Part shown: positions 55,517-64,000 of the stretch, piece by piece
Numbering within the stretch: position 1 is the first letter of the stretch
How the letters are laid out: every line of letters begins with the position of its first letter
Assembly (NCBI RefSeq): GCF_009914755.1
Contig: NC_060927.1
Origin: the human T2T-CHM13v2.0 reference genome, Homo sapiens
Length of the DNA stretch: 64,000 nucleotides
Reading direction: 5' to 3' (one strand)
Position numbers and translations under genes: made by a program
Notes under the pieces: generated by a model
Database searches by the model: none
What the model was told of the DNA's origin: nothing
Seen by the model: only the letters and a program-made list of their open reading frames with translations

Positions 55517-56976
55517 TTCATTTTTTAAATTCATTTTGTATTTAATAATTAAATTCTAAAAGTGATAAAAATATATACAGTTTTGCTTTTTCTTTCTTAA
55601 TAAAATACTTTGTAAAAGTTAGAAAATACCAGTATTGCTTTGAATACTGATATTCTAGTATTTTTCTGCTGTCAGCTAGACCCACTCTAAACAATGAAGG
55701 ATCGATTTCTGAACCCATTTCAAATATGTGAAAGTAGAAGACATGATTGCATATATAATGATAAAAGCACAGTCTAAAGGGTATTATTAATAGCATACCA
55801 TGGACACATAGTTGCTTCCTTCTGACCAAGAACAAATGTTAAGAGAAAACCAATAAATACATTTACAAACAGGATTTAGGGCCCACAAGAATAGAGTTTG
55901 CTTTTTAAATAGGAAATCTATGCACTGCTTTATTTCAAAAAGTTACAAATTTAGTGCTTGAAAAATCCAGCAGGTAAGCAGCAGGAGTAAGAAAGTCTGT
56001 TTTTGGAACTGTCTAATGGCAAATGAGCATGCTTCTATCCAGGAAGCATTTTTCCATGAAAGGGATGGAGAGAGAAAGAACTGGTATTTACATTCCATTC
56101 TACACATCTCAGTACTGCCTGTTCGTCTTCTTGAACTTTTCTCATAGTGATAGTCATCAGGGGCCTTCTCATTAACAGGATGCTTGCCATTTGGAAAGGA
56201 CCACTCAGGCTCTGGCTTCTCCCTGTCACCTGCTTTCAAGGCTCTTCTTTGTTTCTATGTATGAGGCTGTTGAGCTCCTAATGATAAAAGTCGGTTGTGC
56301 AGCATATATTCACAGCCATGTTGGTAGGCACGAAGGACGTCTCACTGTCTTTCTTCTTGTTCTGCTGTTCTTCCCCAGCTGGGCTTTGGCATCCTCCATG
56401 GAAATGATATTATTTTTTATTTTAGCATTGATGCTGAGGTCCACCTTGGGGATGCCACTCAGCATCTGGCTAGAAAGCATCTCCTCTGTCTTCTTTGCTG
56501 AGGAAACACAAATGTTTTCTTGAAGTTCATAAAGGCAGTCCTCTGTGTTCTTCAGCTTGACTTTCTGTTCCTTATGTTCCATAGTCTCTTTCCTCTTCTT
56601 CAGCTCTGTCTCAACGTACTTTATTATGTCTGCATTCTCATCCCTTCAGTTGGTTTCTGCAGAAAACAATGTCCCCAGTGTCTTCCTCTTCACTGATTTT
56701 ATCTTTGTCCCTTTTGTTTAGTTTCTTTAGGAAACTATGGTGGATACCTGTATGGTGGGTACCATACCACCTATTTTCATATGAAAAGGATCATCCACTA
56801 GAGTGGTCTCTTCTTGTACCTTCTCTTCCACCAACAGGGCCACAGCACTCAGCCTGTTGCGCCTCTTCCTCAAGTTCTACACCCTCTTGTCTCTTCCAGT
56901 TTTAATCAAACCTCCTCTGAGTTCTGCTCATCCTCTTCTGACTCTGAGTTGGCCTGGCACCAATAGAAAGTCTTCT
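55517..56976 (-). pseudogene. C9orf78: Processed pseudogene of C9orf78 (TLS1 homolog/HCA59)
   Basis: Intronless; NSESEEDEQNSEEV*LKLEETR, EDCLYEL.ENI.VSSAKKTEEMLS.QMLSGIP.VDL, EKPEPE, EKA.DDYHYEK; stop at 56109-56111; 3'UTR with ATTAAA at 55541-55546 and a decayed tail; stops and frameshifts. Confidence 0.92.
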
Positions 56977-56991
56977 CTTTCTATCTTATAG

Positions 56992-57100
56992 AGAGAATAA
57001 TAATCGGCACTTCTCAAAGTATTCAGGTCAACAAGACATTTCTTCTCGAGGCATCTCATCAAATCCACAGGATCTATAATTTCATTTACATTTAGCCAAG
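56992..57100 (+). pseudogene. Candidate channel exon relic with IQ-like motif
   Basis: tttctatcttatag|; LLEASHQIHRIY vs EEVSAIVIQRAY. Confidence 0.35.
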
Positions 57101-57269
57101 GTCTAATCAAGGATTTAGGTTTCTAATTTTTATTTCCCCAATTGTTTAATGTATACATTTGAGACGCAATATTTTGTGTGTGTGCATGTGTATGTGTATG
57201 TGTGTGTATAGAGAGGGTGTGTGTGCGAGAGAGAAGCATGTATGTGTGCTTGTATGCATATCATTTTTT

Positions 57270-57460
57270 CAAGTACTTTCACATATTGTCTCGTTAAATT
57301 GTTGAAACAACCATATAAATAAACAGGTTGCCTATTTTTTCTCCATTTTACTGTGGCTCAAAGAGGTTTCGTGGCTTCATGATGATTAACTAGTAAAGTA
57401 TCAGAACAGATTTGAACCCTCTGTTTCTGAGTCCAATTTTCTTTGCCCTGAACTACATGT
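57270..57460 (-). mobile_element. MIR SINE
   Basis: ctccattttactgtggctcaaagaggtt..gatttgaaccc. Confidence 0.65.
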
Positions 57461-59589
57461 CTTCATATAGAAATCATAAAATATAGCTGAAGGGATTTAG
57501 AATTCCTGGAGAAAAGTGGGGAGCAGGAAGACTAGATGTGGTTACTCCTCTCTGTGGCATCTCTTCCTCCCCTGGCTATAGCAATTGGAACCTGCTGTGG
57601 CTGCTGAGCAGAGCCCATGTGTGCTCAGTGCTTCCAGGAGCTGGGTAGGTGTTTTGCAGCCTGTTTTCTGACTCCTTGAGCAGAACCTAATTATTAATAG
57701 CTCATCCAAAATTTGAGATCCACTTTGTTTCTTTTCAGTCCTCTTAGAGATTGAAGAATTCTTGCTGAATCTTAATGGTGTTTTTCTTATCAAAATACTT
57801 ATACATGTTAACTGTAATTAAGTTAGAAAATAATGGTTTCATAAAGATAAGAAATTAATAATAGCTGATAATCCCACCATCCACATATTTTTATTACTAC
57901 AGTTTTGCTACATATTGTTTCTTTACAAATATAAGAATTTTTAAATGAAATGATACTATATATTTTTTGCAATGTTTCTATGTTTTCTCCAGAAATAGAA
58001 AAGTATCACAAGTCTAGTCCCATGTTATTAAGTAGTCTTCTATAAGAATATTTTTAGTAACAATCTCACTGCATGATGTCAGTGTTCTTCCATAAGAACA
58101 TTTTTAATGATATCTTATTGCATGATGTCAGAGTTTGCTTCACATACTAGGTCAGAATTTTAAATTAGTTCTGTTCTTCATCATTTTAGATAGGCTATGT
58201 TTATTTCATTTCCTGTTTATTGTGAAGAACCCAGCCCTAACCCCATATAGTACCTGGAAGAAGCAACCCTGTACATCATAAGACACCTCTTCTCCCAAAC
58301 AGCTGCTAGGATGAGGCTAATCTATTGGCACTCAGCAAACAATCAGTCCAAATCAATCAAGAATTTTTAACTAAGAGACCCAGCAAAAGCAGTAGAGAAG
58401 AGGCATTTCAAATGAAAGATACTTTGCAACCTAATACTTACAACCAAAAGAACCTTGACCAAAACACTGTGATAAAGCTTGAGGCTGAATCTTCATTTTC
58501 CATATTCATAATTTGTTAGAATAATTCTTAGAATTGGGATTACTAGCTCAATTTTATATGTTTTAATACATTTGATGCATATTGCCAAATTGCTACCTGG
58601 AAGAGTTGAACCAGTTTATTTTCCTCCTAATCACCACTAGAAGTTCCTGTATTTTTTCCAATTTGATTTCCAGAATGGTATTTCATTGTCTTAAGTTGCA
58701 TATCTATGATTTCTGAGTGAAGTTTTAATATTTTCTATAGGGATTGACCATTTGTATTTCTTCTCTTATTGATTGCCTTTTCATATCATTTGCTCATCTT
58801 TTTTGTTGGAGTAATCATACTTTTCTCATTGATTTAAAATAACTCCTTATATGTTACAGATTTTAATCCTGATCAGGACCTTTTTTACTGGGAGCTAATG
58901 TGAGTTAGGAGGAAGGGCAGGGAAAGATGGGCCAAGGGTTTGGGTGAAGGTCTGCAGCCAAAGGAGGATTAGGTCAGGAGACAGTGCAGCTCCTGACTCC
59001 TCTCCCTCTTCCCTAGACCAGCGTCTTTTTCCCCAGGGCATTCATAGAGACTTTCAAAGGGTATATTGATATAGATAGTTTTTAGGGAATTAATTTATGG
59101 ATTTTCAAATTTCCTATAACTTGTTCATAAAATTGACTGCCTGAGAAATCTTTACCCACCTCCCTTTTCCAGTAGTTTTCTCCCATTTCACAAAATCTTG
59201 CTATGGTGATTTACAATGGGATATAAAGGACTCTGGAGCTCCAAAAAAGTGATAATTTGAAATATCGGGGAGGATGTCAAGAAAATGAGTGACTCGAATC
59301 CCTGGGTAAAAAAAATTCCTTTGCAAGTCAAGTGGTTGCTAAATCTTTGCCTTCAATAAAATTTAAAGAAGACACAATTCAGTTGTCAGTTGACAGATTA
59401 TTAAAAATGTTTTCTTATGAATCACCTTGTGCATGTAACTCAATGGGAATTCAGTGACATTGCTATAGCTGCCTTCATTCTCATCTGCACAAGCAAGATT
59501 TCTCAATGTTTTTACTGAGATGCATTTTAAGAGTTTGATTTTTTTATCTTAATAATTACCTGTCTAAAGTTGTAATATATTCATCTTGT

Positions 59590-60290
<701 letters not shown>

Positions 60291-61849
60291 CAGGTACCAC
60301 TGGCAATAATCGCAATGACAGCTCCATCCAGGTGCATTGTCTTTTAACAGGGCCAATGGTCACAGGAAAGAAACAAATTGTAATTTCACTTTATATTTAT
60401 TATAGAAAACTAAGGTATAATTATACTAAGGTAAAATTTAAATACTCCTAAGCACAGAAAGATCTTTTATTAGAATAAAATTTTGTAAAAGAATGGAAAT
60501 AAGAATTCAAAGGGAAAAAGAAATGATGTAAAATTCCCACCTCTTATCAAGTGGATGATGGTGCTATACTACTTATATTCCATTAGCTATATTATAACAA
60601 GCTGAGTAATAGTATTACTTTTGAAAGCCAATATTTACAACAGACCATATATTACACCCTTGCAACCTTTGAAGTTTTGATGAAAACTTTTAGATTATAA
60701 CATAAAACTGAATGAAGGTATATAGTTTTTCAAAATTCCCTAGGAGATATTGAACAAAAATGTTGAAGCCCAGTGTCTTTAAGGAAATACTCAGTTTGAT
60801 TTCATTATTTAAAAGCTAACAAAAAAAATCAACTGTTAGTAGGACGGCTTCTGCTGTACTGGATTTGCAGCTCCACGTGTTGCAAACCACTGTCTTTTAG
60901 GACACCAATTTCTCAGGAAGTCTAGGGATAAAGAATTCCAGGTGCAGAAATGTTGCATTTTTTGGCAGAGTTCATACATGAAGGTAACAAGCAGAGCCGC
61001 AGGCTGACACGCCCTGCTTAGCTTTGTGGTCAAGCTACCTTCGGGTTTAAGTCTTCTGTTCTGAAGTCTGTGAATTCTTATTGCCTTGCTCATCAGCTGA
61101 TCATATTGAACCACTCTCCCAGTGAAATAAAAATCCTACCACTTTCCAGAAGAATCTAAAGCAAGCTGTCTTTTTGACTGCTGAAGATGGCAGTTTTAGA
61201 CAGGGGTCTAGCTCTCCTCCCTAAAAAGGCCCATTGACCTTTATTGCAAGTGAAATAGCTTATGGGAACAGTAAATGGCTAACCTTACTGTACTATAAAA
61301 TAGGGCCCCCTGCAGCCTCTCCTGTCTCTCAGCTTTACTGAGAGGCTTATAATAGCATTTCTCATAAAAGCCTCTGTGCCATTTCCCAGGTGCAAACCTT
61401 TACAGAGAAGTACAACTAGGGAGTTTCCAAAATTGCTCGAAGAGAAGATTGTCTAAGGATAATGCCAACTATTTAGCAGGTGTTTCTTGACCGGAACTTG
61501 AGATCACTTTATTTTTTGCATTTACTTTTATGTAACCTGTATAAGTGGCAATTGGCGATATGCTGGAAACATAGGAGAGGAAGCTTACATTAAAAGCCCA
61601 TTGAGGACACCACCTGATTTAGAGATCAAAAAACAAATCCTCTATGAACTAATGTCATTAAAGCCATGAAAAAGAAACTTTGGTCAGGCTCCAAAATATA
61701 TTTTTTAAACCATCCTATAATGCTTGTTGAGCATCAATCATTTGCAAGGTGAACTGGCTGGTAGATGCTGCAGAATCTTTTCTAAAAAGAAAGATGTGAG
61801 CAGCTTAAAATTCAAGAATTCCGAGTTTTTTCCTAATCAACACCCAGTC

Positions 61850-62070
61850 ACCTCTTTCATGTATCCTATTTTATCTTCATCACAGAATTAATTACTACCT
61901 GACATTTTCTTTTTTATTTATTTACTGGTCTGCCTCCGCACAAGAACATAAGTTCCATGAGTATTATGATTTTGCCTATTTTTTTCCACTGCTGTATCCC
62001 TGGAGTTCTGAAGAGCCCAGCATGTTGTAGACTGTCAACAAATCTTGTCAAATGACTGAATAAATTCCCA
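61850..62070 (+). mobile_element. L2 3' end
   Basis: ccactgctgtatccctgg..tgtagactgtcaacaaatcttgtcaaatgactgaat. Confidence 0.7.
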
Positions 62071-63440
62071 CCCTAAGAAGGTGCATAAACTCGCAAGGGT
62101 TGGAAAATGAAGCCCCAAATATCAATAATATTCATTAACATATTTATTCAATTTTTTTAAAGTGCTTAAGCATAGCAATAAAGGCCTTGGAGGATTGAGG
62201 GATGTTATCTTATAGGATGAATCAAGTTTCCTGGAGGAAGTGATTAGGTTGGACTTTGATTTCCTGAGCTAGTGTGGGTCTGGGGAACAAAGCAAAGTGT
62301 AGCCAACACACAGGGAATATACATTTGGTTTCCTGCCTATATTTTTATGTGAAACAAAGGGCTGCTAGCAAAGCCTTCATGATAGTCAACAAATTAATAA
62401 GCCCCTGTTCAGTATATCTAGGCTGCCTCATGCACTGGTCAGTCCTTCCTCTAAATGGGTGTCCAGATGATTCCTGTTTCTGCTCTTTCAGGCTCCAAAA
62501 AACTTTTTTGTTGTTTTTTTTTTTGGTTTGTTTGTTTGTTTGTTTTTTGGTCACAGCCATGGCATCATCAAATTTTAAAATCCTGTTTTTGTTTTTTTTT
62601 TTTTTAAAAAGGCAATCTGTAATTTAAGAGTAACTTTAATAAATCTGGACCCATTGTTAGCTCCCCAGGGCACATTTAAAATATGTAAGCTGCATGATGT
62701 CAGATTATGCTGTGATTGTCTTACTAGTACCTTAAGGACAGACCATATGCCAGTGGGTGGGTAGATTAGTACCTCTTAGAAGGAAGTGGATCTTTTCACC
62801 ATCATTCTGGGAGTTGATCACACCTAGGCAGGGGATAAAGACTAAGGAAGTGGGCCTTACCTTTATGTCTGGATTATCCTTCTCCTCTCTCTGGGTAGGT
62901 GGCCAATATTGTCCAAGTTCCAAAAGGCAGAAATTCTCTTGACATCTGAAGGAGGATGGAGAATGAGGCAGGCAACCAGCTTCACAGGGGACCCTAAGAC
63001 CAGTCTAGAGGGTGCTATACTACTTCTCCCCCACTCACTGCCAACTTCCAGTAATGTCTTGTTAAGTTGTTCCATGCCTAAGTAATGTCTTATTAAATTG
63101 GTTCCTGGCATCAGCTGTCTTATGAGATAAAGGGAAGAATCTGTCTCACATTGGTTGGAGAAACAAAAGAAGAGGAGCTCCCCTTTCCCTCTCTTTCCCA
63201 GTGAGGCTGGGATGGGTTACCTGCAGTGGTCACAGCAGAGCAATGCTATGCTCAGAAGCATCTTGTGAAAGTCACTTGCAGTAGTAGCAGCAGGGTAGAG
63301 AGAACAAACCAGACTTGGGAAAGCTCAGGTGAACTCTGAGAGGCCCTGGATCCCTGGAGAAATAGTGGGGGACAGTTAGAAACAGAATTATTCCTGGCAG
63401 TCAGGCCAGGGGGTTTTGAAGCTCTCAGGTTTACTCATTA

Positions 63441-63775
<335 letters not shown>

Positions 63776-64000
63776 AAAATAGAAGTGTTCCAGATAAAAC
63801 TCTCTTTATAATATTGTGGTAGTGGTAAAAAAATTACCTATTTTTTCCAAGGCAGCATGTTGTTTAATGATGAAATACAAAAAGCCTTCCCAATAATGTG
63901 AGGAAATGGTGCCATTGTTTAACATATGTAACTAATATTGTTTAAGTACTACCCAATTAAATAAGAGGAAATAAATGTATAAAACAATGAAAAGGATGAG

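Noticed and set aside
56928-57110. Minus-strand ORF resembling a death effector domain
   Set aside because: Short, no supporting exons, and overlaps the retrocopy end
60836-61114. 92-aa minus-strand ORF in apparently unique sequence
   Set aside because: No recognisable homology or splice context; could be regulatory but cannot be supported from sequence alone

Overview
Human genomic DNA (human-specific AluYa5 and AluYb8 copies are present), repeat-rich, with no intact protein-coding gene. Most track ORFs are Alu/L1 or chance frames. Main result: reading short + strand segments between AG and GT splice signals gives about 20 heavily decayed exon relics from ~277 to ~57100. They spell, in the correct order, a four-domain voltage-gated-type cation channel (Nav/Cav/NALCN superfamily): DI S4-S6, DII, DIII, the III-IV linker, DIV, a C-terminal EF-hand-like region and a possible IQ motif. 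Its exon layout does not match the SCN genes, so it looks like an intron-containing fossil of a lost channel gene. Also present: a C9orf78 processed pseudogene, a 5'-truncated L1PA7-like element, a full-length L1PA4/5-like element, about 19 Alus, THE1/MER74/LTR33 LTRs, MER DNA transposons, a telomeric tract inside an Alu and a palindromic 31-bp minisatellite. All protein and repeat comparisons were made by eye against sequences recalled from memory and need computational confirmation.
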